A stretch of DNA of 64,000 bases, from NCBI RefSeq assembly GCF_964204645.1, contig NC_134036.1:2170001-2234000 (forward strand), given 5' to 3'. Positions 11,313 to 26,394 of the stretch are shown here, piece after piece. The notes under the pieces were generated by a model, which saw only the letters and a list, made by a program, of their open reading frames with translations, made no database searches and was not told the DNA's origin. This DNA comes from Tubulanus polymorphus. Lineage: Eukaryota; Animalia; Nemertea. The stretch's first letter is position 1, and each line of letters begins with the position of its first letter. The position numbers were made by a program, and so were the translations under genes.

Positions 11313-14300
11313 TTTTACTAAATTCGATATAAATTCCACGATAAAAAAACTATTCAGGATTTTTCGACTGAAGAAACACGCAGACGATACCTACTCAGTC
11401 ATAACACCATCACGAGATAATCCGAGATATTCCGTTGTGTTACGAGATGACGCGGGTGCGGGAAGTCTCGCTAGATCTAAAGCTACCACGCGAGATTTTA
11501 CGAGAACACGCGAATTAAGTCAAATTTCTTCCGAGCTACAATCAATTTCTTTTCTTCAAGAATTCGTTCTTCGAAATCTCGTGAGATGATGCGATATCTT
11601 CGGAGATTTTACGAGAATTTAAAATCGATTTTTTAAATACGATATAACGTTCTAAAGTTTTGAAATCGAGATGAATTTTCTACAAGGTTATCAGATTTCT
11701 CATGAACAACGAAGCAAGCTTCCTACGCGTATATCACGATATATCAATTTGAGATTATCAATGCGATACCTATTTGAGAATCTCATCGGCGCCGTTTGAT
11801 GTCTACAGCAGTATCAGATTCTCGTATACGAATATCAATATACGCGTGTTTGATGTAACGTTTACGTTCGGCGTATAACGTAAGCGTTTACGTAACGTTC
11901 AAACGTTGGGAACGTCCACCGATACGTTTACGGCGACGTTTGATAAAGTGTTATCAAGGTACCCACCAGACCGTAGAATATTCGGATTCGGTCTCAAAAT
12001 TTTTCACCCTCTAAGATTCATTGCCCTTTCAATTTTCTTATAGAATTTCCAATTTTTCCTATTTTATTTTCGTTTCAGTGTTATTCGGAAGTAGCTGCAG
12101 CTGATTATCTCGTTTTCTTCGTAGCTGCACCTGCGATCGGTTTCTACAGCAACAAGTAACTATTCGTATTGTTGCACATTTGGAAGAACATTTAAAACGA
12201 AGAAAATTCTAACGTTACTTCTTTCTCATAAATCTCCGCAAATATCTACTCTCATACCGATATATCAGATATACATACTAATACGGTCTGTTAATCCATG
12301 CGCTGATACTATAATCCAATAATCCGTGAAATGAGAAATTCAAAGATAATCCACACATATATTCACATTGATCACACGAGCTAAAATCCACGAGTAAAAT
12401 TACAGTCCGTTTCTAGATATCAGCAACAGTCTTTACGGTAACATCTAGATATTTGGAAAAAAAATGTGAGATTTTATTTCATCGAATAACGGCATATTTT
12501 AATTGTTTCCTAGCAACAAACATGTCGTCTGTTAAACCACTCTCGTCTGTTCTCTCTCTCTCTCTCTGATGACGACGTAATATCCGCAGACCGCGTTTTC
12601 GAGAACGATATTAAGGATGGCAATTTAACGATTGTAATAAAATTAATTTTTAAATCTTTTTTTTGAGAAAATATTTTGAAGAAATTCTTATGAATCACGA
12701 TTTATTTTTGCCTTGGAAAAATGTTTTCATCCGTGCAAAAAGGAAAATTAAATCGCCATTAGAAGAAATAAACCGAAAAATATTCGTTTTTTCAAATATG
12801 TTGAAACCGAATTATATTTTTTCCAATCATGAAAAAAAAGAAATTTCTTATGCCTACGATATATGTCATGAATAAAAGCAGAATATCAAAAGTTTTCGAA
12901 CCCGAATTATTTTCGTATTTTTCAACTACGAAATTTGTGATGAATAAAAACAGAAAATTCGAACGTTAAAAAAGAAATCATCGATAAAAAAAATGTTCCC
13001 TTTTCTAAAGGATAATTCCCATTTTTTTCGCTACAGAATCCGCTGTTTTTACGGTTGCGCTGAACACCGATACGTATTATGAGATTTCGCGGCCGCCGCC
13101 AACGAAATTCTCAGAAATTGAACAAACATCCGGTAATTCCAAAACAAAAGATTCGTAATAGTGTCGTCTGGCAGAACGCAGACGAGAGGAGAGAGACAGG
13201 CAGAGAGAGCGTGTCGGGAACAATTAGTATATGCCGGTATCGTCTGCGAAAATGAAGCCGATTCTAGTCCACGCGGTTATAAACACAATCCGCGTCTGAT
13301 GATATCTGTTTATCAGCAGACGATGTGTTGGAATACGAAACGTGTGCGGGCGTGTGCGTGAGTCGTGTGCGCGCGCGTCAAACGACAAACACGGACAGTG
13401 ACGATATCGAGGTCGAGGTCGTTGACTGGCGGTATGACGTGTGCGTCTCGTCAGTCAAACGTGTGCCGTCGTGTGCGCGACACCGTTCGCCGTATATTCA
13501 ATGTTATTCCGCGCACCGATAACTACACGAATGGTCCTTTTACTGCCACAAGTGGGTATCAGAAGTTTCTCTTCGTTTACCTCGCCCCCCTTGTCTATCA
13601 GGTCGCCTGTTATCTCCTCAAAGTCGTCATGAAATACATTCACACTTAAGATACGTACTAAATATTCCACGCTGAAATCCGTCTTTCGAATATGATATCC
13701 ATTTTTACTTGTTACAAAAACTGGCCCGTATAAAACCGTTCAAGTCAGAGCAGTCTTTCTTCCAAATCGTTACCGAACAACTCCTTATGAAAACAATTTG
13801 AATTGCATATCACGCTGAAGTCCGTTTTAAAAATATATCCAATAAAATCCATAAAAAGACGAATCGCCAATGTTTCAGATGAATCCGATTAACGTTTAAA
13901 CAAAAAGCGACACTCGTAAAAACAGATATAAGTCTAGAAGATTCGCAAGATGAATATAAGAGATAAATTCCACAATAAATCAGCGAAAGATGTCAAAGTT
14001 CTTGAGTAAAAGAGTAGATATTTCGAGCAAGGTTTCGGCTAAAAACTATTCAAGAACTTCATGATCTTTAGCTGAATCTATTGTAGAATTTCTCACTTTC
14101 ATTAAAAAGATATTTCGAACCGGAATATAACACTTTCGTGATATATCAGAACGATGCTAACTGCCTCGGTGACGTCGATACGACTGATTGGTTTGAATAG
14201 CTCTGACACCAGCGCGCTGTGGGTGGCGATGTATCCGGCGTGTTGTTGCGAACCACCACGAACCGCAGACGAATTCGGGTCGTTTACCAGAGGTGATAAA

Positions 14301-15720
14301 ATTTTACGACATGTCACTAGAACACACTGGTAAATATTGCGCTCATGCAAACATCCGAAGGAAACATATTTCAGCTAATTTGGTTTGATATATAGATCTC
14401 TTGTTATGGGAATTGCTAGGTCGATTTTCAAGTGTTTAAAGTACTCGGAACTTTATTGCCTAAATTATCTCTCTCAATAACTGAGGTTTTGTGGCTAAGT
14501 AAAAATTCCTATGTCCCCCACGTCTGGGTCGAATTTAGAAATTAAGGTCTTGACAAACTCAAGTATGTTTAGAAATTCTATCGTAAACATGAATTTGTGA
14601 CTAAAGTTTTCTCGTTACCGTAGGTCTTAAAAATTCCTCTGTCCCACGCCAGGATCGAATTCAGAGGCTAAGCTCTAAAACGAACTCAAGTGTGTTTAGA
14701 AATACTAACTCGCAAATACGAATTAGTTTTCTGGTGACTAAGGTTTTCTATTATAGAAATTCCTAAACGCCTAACAATTTGGATCCTATTTCAAAGTGTT
14801 TGTTTTGAGTAAGAGGTTTAGATTTTTACAATCCTGACTGTTTGAAATAAAAACGCAATAAACTTTATATGGACTAGAATAGTATTGAGTACAAAGTCTT
14901 CTTGACGGAAGAACCATTTCTACCTTCCTCACCCATATATTTTAAAACAAGACGTTTTGTAAAATATATCAATTTTTCGACTTCTCCAGGTTTTCTATAT
15001 AACACGATATTGTGAAGAATCCTTGTAAATTTCTTTATCATAATAAAGTAACTTCGAAATACACAATTCATTTCCAAAAGCGCTTGGCAATTCCAGAGTA
15101 CTCATTGGGATTACAAAAAAACAAAAAATATTCTCAAAAACAGATACTCCTACAAGCTTTGACTAGATATGTTCCATTGCCAAATCAAAAAATATTTTCT
15201 CACTATCATTCGGCCATTATTGAGCGGTTTCTGACCCCAATAACTATCGCAAATTGCTAAAATTGCGCATTCGTAAAGCAAATTGTTATTTTGTGCAGAA
15301 ATGTATTTGTCAGTCGTGTTTGTGTACAGTAATTAGTCATACGTCATCACTGTTTTTGTTTACGGCGTGCTGTCGCTCAAACTGCCCGCTCACTATCTGT
15401 CACATGACCAGTGGTGATACCCTCGACCGACCGGCGAGAGATGTCGTCTGTCCTCGCCATGTCGTCTGTCCGCGTTAACGGAAAAGTTTAAACTCTTCCA
15501 TCATAACTATAAAACCATTGCTACAAATCCCAACAATAAATCACAATGCCAACAGAGATATAGGGAAAATCGCAAGAGTGTGGAAATGATTGTGACCAAT
15601 GAGTTAAAAATGTGTTTATCCTAAAAGATGGATGGATTATCAGCGCCACTGATCGCAGGGGGAGGGACTGCCTCTCGAAATCGTAGGGAATTTAACTGAA
15701 TCGTCGAATCATTAGCGATT

Positions 15721-16058
15721 AATCATAATCTTACTGAATAGTTGAAGTTATCGAGAATGAGAAGGTCGTCATTAGTAACTAATCATAATTTTACTGAATC
15801 GTTGAAGTTATTGAGAATGAGAAGTTCGTCATTAGTAACTAATCATAATTTTACTGAATCGTTGAAGTTATTGAGAATGAGAAGGTCGTCATAAGTAACT
15901 AATCATAATTTTACTGAATCGTTAAAGTTATCGAGAATGAGAAGGTCGTCATTAGTAACTAATCATAATTTTACTGAATCGTTGAAGTTATCGAGAATGA
16001 GAAGTTCGTCATTAGTAAATAATCATAATTTTACTGAATCGTTGAAGTTTTCGAGAAT
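15721..16058 (+). repeat. 60-bp minisatellite family, array 1 (about 5.6 copies)
   Basis: Unit AATCATAATTTTACTGAATCGTTGAAGTTATCGAGAATGAGAAGGTCGTCATTAGTAACT. Confidence 0.93.
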
Positions 16059-16377
16059 GTCATATCCTATTTCGCTGAAACTGGAACATAATACGAATCC
16101 ATGTCCAAATAACAAATAGCAACTCCATAATCGAGTACACATCACTGATGTATGATCATTGCCAGTTGGCGATAAGCGTGAAATATCAATTCTCACTAGA
16201 TAGATATATCATGTATCCAATTCGATAATATCATAATTATCAACAGGAGGATAAAATGAAATATCATAATCGCGAAATTGATAATTGCCATCAGACTGCT
16301 GTCAGGGTTACTCGTACTCAATTATATCAAATATCGAAAACTGCATTTCTGTAATCTCTGTATATATGGTGCATGGA

Positions 16378-16910
16378 CAATCTAACAACTTAATACCAGT
16401 CTAAGCTCATTTTGGATCTATAACCAATCTAACAATTCAAGACCAGTCTAAGCTCATACTGGTTCTATCGCCAATCTCACAACTTAAGACCAGTCTAAAC
16501 TCATTTTGGTTCTATAACCAATCTAACAATTCAAGACCAGTCTAAGCTCATACTGGTTCTATAACCAATCTCACAACTTAAGACCAGTCTAAACTCATTT
16601 TGGTTCTATAACCAATACAACAACTTAAGACCAGTCTAAGTTCTTTCTGGTTCTATAAATAATCTAACAACTTAAGACCAGTCTAAGCTCATTTTGGTTC
16701 TATAACCAATCTAACAATATAAGACAAGTCTAAATTCATTTTGGTTCTATAACCAATCTCACAACTTAGGACCAGTCTAAGCGCATTTTGGTTCTATAAC
16801 CAATCTAACAACTTGAGACCAGTCTAAGCTCATTTTGGTTCTATCGCCAATCTCACAACTTAAGACCAGTCTAAGCTCATTTTAGTTCTATAACCAATCT
16901 AACAACTTAA
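16378..16910 (+). repeat. 47-bp minisatellite (about 11 copies), MITE-derived unit
   Basis: Unit AATCTAACAACTTAAGACCAGTCTAAGCTCATTTTGGTTCTATAACC. Confidence 0.92.
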
Positions 16911-17424
16911 CATGTTATATAAATCGTAATTTATCATAACTTTGCGGAGGGGGGGGGGGTGTCCAATAACATATTGAAAATCGATAAGAAACATCGCCGA
17001 TTGGAAAATTGTTATTAGAAAATTGTCTCCAAGAAACTGTTGGGGGCCGAAATAATTTCTTGCGGGGCAGTTCAGTGTAATAGGTTCAAGCTAGTACTAG
17101 TGGGGAAATCAACGGGTGGTTGCTAATAGTTACTCGTCTGCCCCGCGCAACAATTATCAGGGAAATATTGTTCATTTATATAAAGTGTTCATTAAACTGC
17201 ATCGGATCAAATATCATATTTCTGATATATCGGTTTGATATATCGGTTTTGAGATAGCGGTTGTTGTTGTTGTTGAGATGTTATAGTCTTATCATATTGC
17301 AATTAATATCTGCTGATGGAGTCGAGTTTGACTAGGAGTATTGTGTTACCAGCGCGTCGAGTGTGTGTCAGTCTAATCTAAACTGAAATAACCTTTCCAT
17401 TCCATGTCACCAGTAATATACCGG

Positions 17425-17970
17425 GGAGGGTGAGAGGGGAGAATAAGATTGGAAGGAGAGGTGTATGTGGTCAGAAGAGAGAGGGAAGGGAGAGTGACAG
17501 GGGAAGGGAGAATGGAAGGAGAAGTGTATGTGAAGAGAAGAGAGGGAGGAGGGAGAGAGAGAGAGGGAGATAGGGGGAGAGAGAGAGAGGGAGATAGGGA
17601 GAGAGGGCGAGGGAGAGAGAGAGGGAGATAGGGGGAGAGAGAGAGAGGGAGATAGGGAGAGAGGGCGAGGGAGAGAGAGAGGGAGATAGGGGGAGAGAGA
17701 GAGAGGGAGATAGGGAGAGAGGGCGAGGGAGAGAGAGAGGGAGATAGGGGAGAGGGCGAGGGAGAGGGAGATAGGGAGAGGGCGAGAGGAATAGGAAGAG
17801 TGAAATGGTGAAGTTGGAGAGAAGGGATGGGGGGAGGTCGAGGGGAGTGGAGCGAGGGGGAGTGAGGGGCGTAGAATGAGATAAGGGCGATGAGTTGTTA
17901 CGATGAGAATAGGGAGGTTAGAGGAAGATTGAGGTTGACAGAGAGGTAAATAGAGACAGAGAGAGAGTGA
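17425..17970. repeat. Purine-rich (GA/GGGA) low-complexity tract with internal repeats
   Basis: Repeated GAGAGAGAGGGAGATAGGG(G)AGAG(AGGGCGAGG). Confidence 0.9.
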
Positions 17971-20836
17971 ATGATACACATAATATCTAAAACGAGCTGG
18001 TAAAATATCAATATTTCACAATAGAGTTGCTCGAACTATATTCAAATGCCTGATAATTCAAGTAGGTTACGAAGAGCCCTCGACATCTACTTCAACCCAA
18101 CAGCCGTATCCACTACCCGATACTCCACACACTCAATTGTGACGGTTCATATTGGTAGTTAGTAGAATTTCCGATAAAAACAATCAATATAAACTATCAT
18201 TATTGCATACGATGACTTTTTCAATTAGCGACAGTTGGAAACTCGTCTGCGGTACTTTTGCTCGAGTACCCTACAATCGTTACAATACAAATCGCAACAA
18301 CAATGCGCTTTCTCCGACAGATATCCGTTTTTTTTGCGAATCAAAAAATCCGACTACATTTTTTTTACGATATCGATGTTTTTAGCAGCAGAGTTCTGAC
18401 GGTAGATAATGTGGTGATTCCTGAAAACACGGTTGCCTTCAGATATCCCCCTATGACATCATCAAAATGATGTGGGGAAAAGTCACTTCTCGAAAAGATG
18501 CCTTCACAAATTCCCCTATGAAGTGAATTCTCTTTTGATTTTTGACGAAAAAAAAAAAACACTTACATTTGAATTTAATTGATGTGGTGACACTTCCAGA
18601 AAAGATGGCTGCCTCCATGAAAATCCCATGGCAAAATGGCTGCCTTCGAAATTTTCTTTAAGACATCAACAAAATTGCCAAAGAAAATGGACATGCGATA
18701 GAGGAGGGGTTTATCGAATCAGCCATATTTTACTAGTGGGTCTACATCGCCATATAAAATCACAATGACGTCATAGGGGATTTAGATAGGCAGCGAGGAT
18801 CCTTATTCACCAGAAACGATGTTATTGAAGAACTGGCATTAACAGCGAAATACCGACCGAAGAGGTAGGAACCGAGGAACGAATCTCCGAAATCGATTCG
18901 ATAAAAAGCCCCCGGTATTTAGACAAGCGACCGCGGCTGATTTCTAGGGGATATGAAATCGTCTGCCATTGCTATTTGTCAGCCGGTAAAAACCGTGGGA
19001 TCGATACAGAAAACACGACGCAAAGGATTGGACGGAATCGAACCGGAGGTCTTCCGCGATTCTGAATCAACACAGGCGATAACACCGGGCTTTAGATTGC
19101 GTAGATATATCGGCGAGTTGTCAAGGTAATTTAGTCGGTCGTCCGAAATAATATTTACGTAGATTCCAAAGGAAATAGTAGTGAACGTAAGAAATAAAGA
19201 CTCATGTCGTGAATCTTATCCGACATAAGTTTTTTTGACTTAACACTCACCACGAAAGCACCGACGTTTACGATTCGGCTCAAATAAGTTATTTTGAAAA
19301 TCTCACTAAACCTTGGACTGTTTCAATAAAGCCTGACTTACACCCTAATAAGTGCTGAATTAACTGTGGAACATGTAGTCGAAGTTGATAATAAGCGAAA
19401 CTGTTGTCCTTTGAATTTGAAATTTCCAAACACCGAGTACAACAATACGGACCAGTACTTGTTCCGTTGCCGAGTGACCACCACTCCTAGCTTTCACAAT
19501 TTTATCGACATTCAGAATCAGCCGAACTCGTTTCGTCTGTTTACTGAACCGACCAATCTGCCCAGGTAAAACTATCCGGAACAGACGGCTAGATCGATAG
19601 AACCCGACAGGACGAAAGTAACTTGAACTGGAAGTGTTCTGTCGTCTGCCAGGGTCGGAGAGAGAGGTGAGAGGCGGGAGAAGAATGGCTGAAATGACAA
19701 GTTACTGGTCGTGAATAATCCTCAAGAATGTCTCAACCAGGAACGAATCTCTTGACCGCAGTAGCTCAGTAAGTATTCATTGTCAATAACAGAGGTTCAG
19801 CCGTACCAATAACAGCCCTCCGACTTACTTAAACTAGGGTTCCCACTTCATGAAATCTATCAACAATCGAGTTTAGGCCGCTTGAGCTTAGTTCTTCATT
19901 AAAACTTAAAACTTACAAATTTAGCATTGAGTTCTCGCGCTTAGGAGTTCATCAGAAAAGCTGCATGCATATCGTCTGCTCCATCCACTTGATTTACGTT
20001 TAACTTACTAGGGTTCGGCCTTTTCGTAGCCACCGAATGCTAATAATTTCCGAGACAGTTTTATTTTCCCGATTCTGTGCTCATTTTTAACCCAACCATC
20101 GACGCTTTATTAGTACAGATAGTGAAGATGTTGCGCTCGTTGTCGACAGCGAAGAAGATGAGATTAATAGGACAGAATGAAGTGGAAATGCTAGAATTTA
20201 TGGAATCTTGTAACCGATATAAGAAGTGCGCCGAAAACAGTCACGATCTGTTTTTTGTCGGTTGTGAATTAAAGACTCGTGAGCGTGTTGTACAAGTTGT
20301 TGCGTCATGCGGCTATTCGACATTCGACAATCGATTCTCGTCTCCTTGAAAATGGTAAAATGAGCAGAAATGGGAGATGCGGATATAGAGGAGAGAGGAG
20401 CGATGTTAGAGGGAGAGAGGAGGTAGCAGAGGTAGGGATGGCAGGGAAATGCTGAGAGGTAATGCCACTGGTCAAGAGGAGGAAACCTTTACGAAGAGGT
20501 TCGAAGAAATAGAAGGCAGGGTTTGGCCATAAAGTGCGGTGGAGTGATAATAGAGAGTTGGAGGTTGGGCCAAGGGCAAATCCATCATTTTAAGACTCAA
20601 TTCTAACGTCACTACAACTAAAATCACTCATTATATCCCTCGTTCATTTGGGAATTGGATGGTGAAGCGTAAGATGGAAGTGTGAGGAGGTGACGCGAGA
20701 GAGACATAAGTGAAGGCAGGGTTGGGCCAAAAGAAGAACCCCATATGACTCATTACAAGGCTAAATGTGGGCGAGGTGAGTTAAATCTACGAGCAATTAT
20801 CTAAGTTTAGATAATTGCTCGTAGGTTAGATGGAAG

Positions 20837-21094
20837 AAGGGAGAGTCATGAAAGGGAAGGGGAGAGGGAGGCGAGATGTAATAGACTAGTTAGATAGAGG
20901 GTAGATGGGAGAGTCATGAAAGGGAAGGGGAGAGGAGGAAGGCGAGATGTAATAGACAAGTTAGATAGAGGGTGGATGGGAGAGTTATGCAAGGGAAGGG
21001 GAGAGGGAGGCGAGATATAATAGACTAGTTAGATAGAGGGTAGATGGGAGAGTCATGAAAGGGAAGGGGAGAGGGAGGCGAGATGTAATAGACA
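20837..21094. repeat. About 68-70-bp purine-rich tandem repeat x about 4
   Basis: GGGAGAGTCATGAAAGGGAAGGGGAGAGGGAGGCGAGATGTAATAGACTAGTTAGATAGAGGGTAGAT. Confidence 0.85.
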
Positions 21095-21572
21095 AAAGGA
21101 GAGGGGGTGATGTGTTAGAGGGTGAAAGGGGAGAGGGAGTGGGGGAGTGGACAGATAAAAGGGTAGTGATATTGGATTACAAGTACCCAACGGCTACTGA
21201 TATCGTTGACCCGTTTCATGAAGTTGTTGTGGAAACCACTTAATGTAATATCATCGCAGACGATTCCGGTTATTTTATCGGGTCAAGTATAAATCAGATT
21301 CGACAGAAGAAGTAGCTGTCAGTATCGTGTGCGCACGCGCAGCCAATTCAGGACCGTCGAGACTTCACCGCAAAATAATTCTGGTACGATCACCAAGCTG
21401 AAGTTCGCTTGAATTGAGGAAAAAAATTATTTTCTCAGCGAAACAAGGATGTTGTTGCAATATTTGTTGATGGAGAAGGAAGGGATATGCGAGATGTTTC
21501 TAAATGTGAGAGTTAGGTCGTAAGTGTCAGTGTTGGAGCTAAGGAGCCGCAAAGCGCAGAAACAGAATATGT

Positions 21573-22007
21573 CGGGCCAGTGTAATGGGGACTGCATGGA
21601 AAGGGGAAGGATATTTGAGATGTTTTTAAGTGTTGGACCAGTGTATGGGGACTGCATTGAAATGGGAGGATATTTGAGATGTTTTTAAGTGTTGGGCCAG
21701 TGTATGGGGACTGCATTGAAAGGGGATGGATATTTGAGATGTTTTTAAGTGTTGGACCAGTGTATGGGGACTGCATTGAAAGGGGAGGATATTTGAGATG
21801 TTTTTAAGTGTTGGACCAGTGTATGGGGACTGCATTGAAAGGGGAGGATATTTGAGATGTTTTTAAGTGTTGGACCAGTCTATGGGGACTGCATTGAAAG
21901 GGGAGGATATTTGAGATGTTTTTAAGTGTTGGACCAGTCTATGGGGACTGCATTGAAAGGGGAAGGATATTTGAGATGTTTCTAAAAGTTGGGCCAGTGT
22001 ATGGGGA
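21573..22007. repeat. 59-bp minisatellite (about 7 copies)
   Basis: Unit GTGTTGGACCAGTGTATGGGGACTGCATTGAAAGGGGAGGATATTTGAGATGTTTTTAA. Confidence 0.92.
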
Positions 22008-23350
22008 AACTAAGATTCTATACGACTACCGCGAAATAGATCGTCGGGTCGCAAACTCGAAGTGTGCTTCTGGTAGAAAGACCAAAGAGGTAATGAGCTC
22101 ATGTCGTAAGCAATGCTGGGCCACTGCATAGACCCATGATTTTCCCTTACATTGGCCATGGACCCACGGCCAAGAGTCGAAGGCCAATGTAAGGGAAAAC
22201 CAAGATACTATTTGGGAGCGAGGAAAGAAGTTCTGAGAATCTATGGAATATAAGCTCGGATTTGAGGTTAGAAATGTAGGCGAAGAATTAGGGAGCGAAG
22301 TTGCTGGGTCGAATGAGGGAGAGAAAGGTTAATTGAGGATTCTAAAAGCAGTCTTGCTTTTTGAGTTAGCAGGAAGCGAGTTGGACCAGTGGAGGAGAGT
22401 AAGATAAGGGATTGAAGATTCTGATTCAGTCTAGTTTTTTTTTTGGTTAGTAAGGTTTGACCAGGCGGGTAGAATATAAGGTAAGGGGTTGAAGATTCTG
22501 AAACACGAATGACGGAGAATGAGGTGAATTAAGGTATTGAGGATTCTGACGCAGTCTTGCTTTTCTCGTTAGTAAGTAGGAAGCGAATTGGACCAGTGGA
22601 GGATAAGGAATATTGAAGATTCTGACTCAGTCTAGTTTTTTTTTTAGTAAGGTTGGACCAGTGGGGAGAGTAGGGTAAGGAATATTGACGATTCTCCATC
22701 AGTCTCGGTTTCTCTTTCAAGACGATGGTCTGGACGCTATCAGACATGATATAACTCGAATATTTCTCCCGGCGCCTACAGGCATCAAAAGGTAATAATC
22801 CAAGTCAATTGGTCAAACTGGTCAACTTGTGCATATTTACTCTAACGGAAGAATTGATAAACCCACGGGGGAAGATAAGAGACCCACTTCGGCATACGTA
22901 CTTCAAAACGATATAGAGAACGTCCTCCTCACATCATTGTTCTTATCACTAACTTATCAGCATCGAGGTAAGAGTACTGGTAAACAAATAGCTGACGACA
23001 ACGTATTTACCTTCTGCGCGCCCGATATCGATATTGAATTGACATCTACATATATATGCATACATATATATTCGTAGCGGACACAGAAAATGCCGACCGA
23101 CACGTATCGTGGATAATGAAATCACAAACGCAGTAATAACAGGGCTGTCCAATAACGGATACAAGAGATTGTTGTGACTAGCAGACGAGATCGGAATAAC
23201 GAATTCATGAGCTGTTAAAGTAGCTCTTTCTCGGCGGATTGTGATATATCTTGATATATAATTCCCACTAGTGAGATTTGATATTTTATATCGAACCGTC
23301 AACCGCCCTTGATGACGTATTTGCTACTACAAAGATGATAAGTTACTTAA

Positions 23351-23579
23351 GATGACCTTCTCATTCTTGATAACTTCAACGATTCAGTAAAATTATGATT
23401 AGTTACTAATGTCGACCTTCTCATTCTCAAAAAGTTCAATAATTCAGTAAAATTATGATTAGTTACTAATGATGACCTGCTCATTCTCAATAACTTCAAC
23501 GATTCAGTACAATTATGATAAGTTACTAATGATGACCTGCTCATTCTCAATAACTTCAACTATTCAGTAAAATTATGAT
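23351..23579 (-). repeat. 60-bp minisatellite family, array 2 (about 4 copies, reverse)
   Basis: Reverse complement of the array 1 unit. Confidence 0.92.
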
Positions 23580-24477
23580 AATAAACTAGGATTGGCCAGA
23601 TATCTAAGATTTAACGAGATTGTTCAATAACAAAGCAAATATTTGCAGTAATTTTGCAATTTCCGGAAATAACGTCTGAATCAAAACATTTCGAGTATAA
23701 ATTATCTACTCAAAGCTGCCATGTATATTTGTTCTAAAAACCTTTTTTTTTTATTCAGGGAAATAATATTTACTCAACATCAATTTATGGTGGACACAGA
23801 TTTGTTTTGTTTTAGAGGATTCTAATTTAAAAAATATAAAATGTAAGGCTAAAAAAATTCATCTTCTTTCTCCTAATCGGCCGGGTCATTTTCGTAAAAT
23901 GCAGTAAAATTTGTAATCAGTCCATTACTAAATATATTCATTTGTTGGTAGATTGATCGTGATTTCTTTTTTTTATAAATAGAGAGTTATGTACATTGTA
24001 AATTGCGGAGAATCAAGGTATCAATTATTTAAGCCTAAACTCGATCGAAATGATGCGATTCATTCTGCATGAAAATTGATTCAGATTTCATACAAATATT
24101 CATTGAAAAATATTCTAAATTTCCATATATTCTATTCCAGGACTATTCACGCGGACTAGTTACCAGTGGTAACAATACCGGGTTAATCCACTCCGGTCGC
24201 CAGATTTATAAAATTGATCGTTATCGGCAGCTGTCCCCGGGGATCGTTCGTATACGCGCGACACGGGTTTTAATCCGAATATCAATATCCTTACGAGCAG
24301 ACGAACAATACTAGAAAAAAATAATCCGATCGATCAACGGCGTAGCAGACGATATGATTTAAACCGTCGATGGAACCGTTAGAGCGGTCGTGTTGTCCCT
24401 GTTTTAGACATCGATTCAACGGTGGACCAGGGAATCATTGTACATGTTACTGTTACGATAACAGCGAGAAGGGTCCA

Positions 24478-24586
24478 GGACCCAGTTCCACAATTGTGAG
24501 TTAAGATTTGAGTCAGAGTTAATTCATTGAAAATGAACTGATTTTAACTTTGAGTTAACTCTAACTCATGACACTGTGGAACTGAA
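24478..24586. mobile_element. About 110-bp MITE-like element (TIR GGACCCAGTTCCACA)
   Basis: CAGTTCCACA ... TGTGGAACTG inverted ends; reverse-complement homologue at 63510-63618. Confidence 0.65.
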
Positions 24587-24768
24587 CTGAATCTACGCGT
24601 TGACGACTACATACAAATGATGAATTTAATGAATTAAGCCAACGAAATATAAATTCAGACTCAAAGAAATGGTGAATTCAATGAATGAAGAAAAAAAAAT
24701 AAATTCAGACTCAAAAATCGAGGCTCACTTGGTGACTTAAACTGACTTATCCAATGACGACTTACACT

Positions 24769-25126
24769 GTGTCTCGAAAATAGAGACGACTTCAGTAACA
24801 TGACTTATACAAATTCGGAATCGAAATATGAGTTTGAGTGTTGATACTGTGTGTTTCTTTTTTCTTTCACCCTGGCCAAAATGAAGCTTAAGTTTCTATA
24901 TTTTTTGGGGGGATTTAAAGCCTTGCTATCATTGTGTCTCTAAAATAGAGACGACTACAGTTCTGATACAAATTCGGAATCGAAAATGGAATTTGAGTGT
25001 AGTTGCTGTGTGTTTCTTTTCTTTTTCGCCCTTTATGAAATAAAAGCTGGCCCGACAGAAATAGAAGATTGCGCCAAAATGAAGCTTAAGTTTCTATATG
25101 TTTTTGGGGGATTTAAAGCCTTGCTA
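24769..25126. repeat. Local tandem duplication (about 160-190 bp)
   Basis: TGTGTCTC..AAATAGAGACGACT...GCCAAAATGAAGCTTAAGTTTCTATAT..GGGGGATTTAAAGCCTTGCTA twice. Confidence 0.8.
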
Positions 25127-26394
25127 CTTCAACAGTCACGGTGTCATAGACATAAGAATGAATGCAGCCCCTTTAAGTAGTCGACAGAACTCGGAGAGTA
25201 GAAATTTTGGATGCCCAATTTACTAAGTTAATGAAAATGAATGCGTTGACATCGGCGAAATAGAAATCGACATCCATCCATTTTCAGTGAGACATTTTTC
25301 TCAACTAACTCCTTCGAATCTGGTTTTTTTTTCCGGCGACAAATTTCCATTAATTCCAGATTCTATTTTAGAATTATTGCTCGTCAGGTACATGTTTAGA
25401 ATATCGAAATCACTCGCTCACGTGCAGGTCGGCAATTATTTTACCGGTAATGTTCGATTTAGTTTCCATTTTTAACTCGTCGACACGGTGAGATGTATAG
25501 ACTGGCGAGGTTAGCGTTTTATAGCGAAAAATAATCAATATTCAAAAATCCCATACAGACCCCGTTTCGCATGTTAAGCTTTTAGCAGGAACAGTTTTAA
25601 ATATAGAAGACAGAGAGAGACTCGACGCCTAAAGCTTCAACAATCGCGACGAAAAAGAAGATTTCGTAGCAACGCCGAAGATATATTGTATCATAGCTAC
25701 GCAGTACCCCAAACCCAACGGATTGTATTATTGAAATTCGTTAATTTGTGAAGTTATTCGGAAAGTTATAGATAAAAATAGCAAAATTCAATGAAAAGAC
25801 CATTTAAATGAAATGCAAGAAAGCTATTACCAATTATTACAGCAAAAATCACTACTTTGAAATTGATATATATTTTTTTAAATTTAAATAAAAAGTCATG
25901 ACGGATAAATGCGGACAGCTTTATTGAAACTACGAACTGTCAAACGGAATTAAGACAGTACAGAGATAAGGGCTATTCCGTGACGGCACCGGAGCCATCC
26001 AGAAATCCGTTCCTAATCATCCGTGATTTCATTTCAAATTTCAATTTCCCCGAACGTAAACCAATATTAAATCGTAAATTGCCTACGGAATTTTCTCCGC
26101 GTCTGCGGCGGCTGCTGCCGCTAATAATCGTATGTCTAGTGTCTGAAGTTAACACGCAACTAACGATATTCGATATACGATACGCGATATTCGATTTTCG
26201 ACCGTCGTTTGAAGCCAAAATCGGGGCAACGGGAATAACGACTCCGATATCAACGTTCGATTTAAATTTTACGAAAGGAAAAAGAAACAAAAATATTGAA
26301 AAGATAAAATAGGGGGATTAAAATGTAATGAAGTCTGAAACCAATGAGAGCTATAGGCTAGTTTAGGGTTTAGGTTTATTAAAACGAAAAAAAG

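Noticed and set aside
11313-11339. Extended N-terminus of the receptor from the ORF track
   Set aside because: It starts at GTG; the ATG at 11312 gives a normal signal peptide.
13365-13670. Overlapping short ORFs, one with a C-terminal hydrophobic stretch
   Set aside because: Non-ATG starts and no family motif; more consistent with a CG-rich promoter/UTR region.
16378-16910. Regular arrays superficially resembling CRISPR
   Set aside because: Units are contiguous with no unique spacers, there are no cas genes, and the context is eukaryotic.
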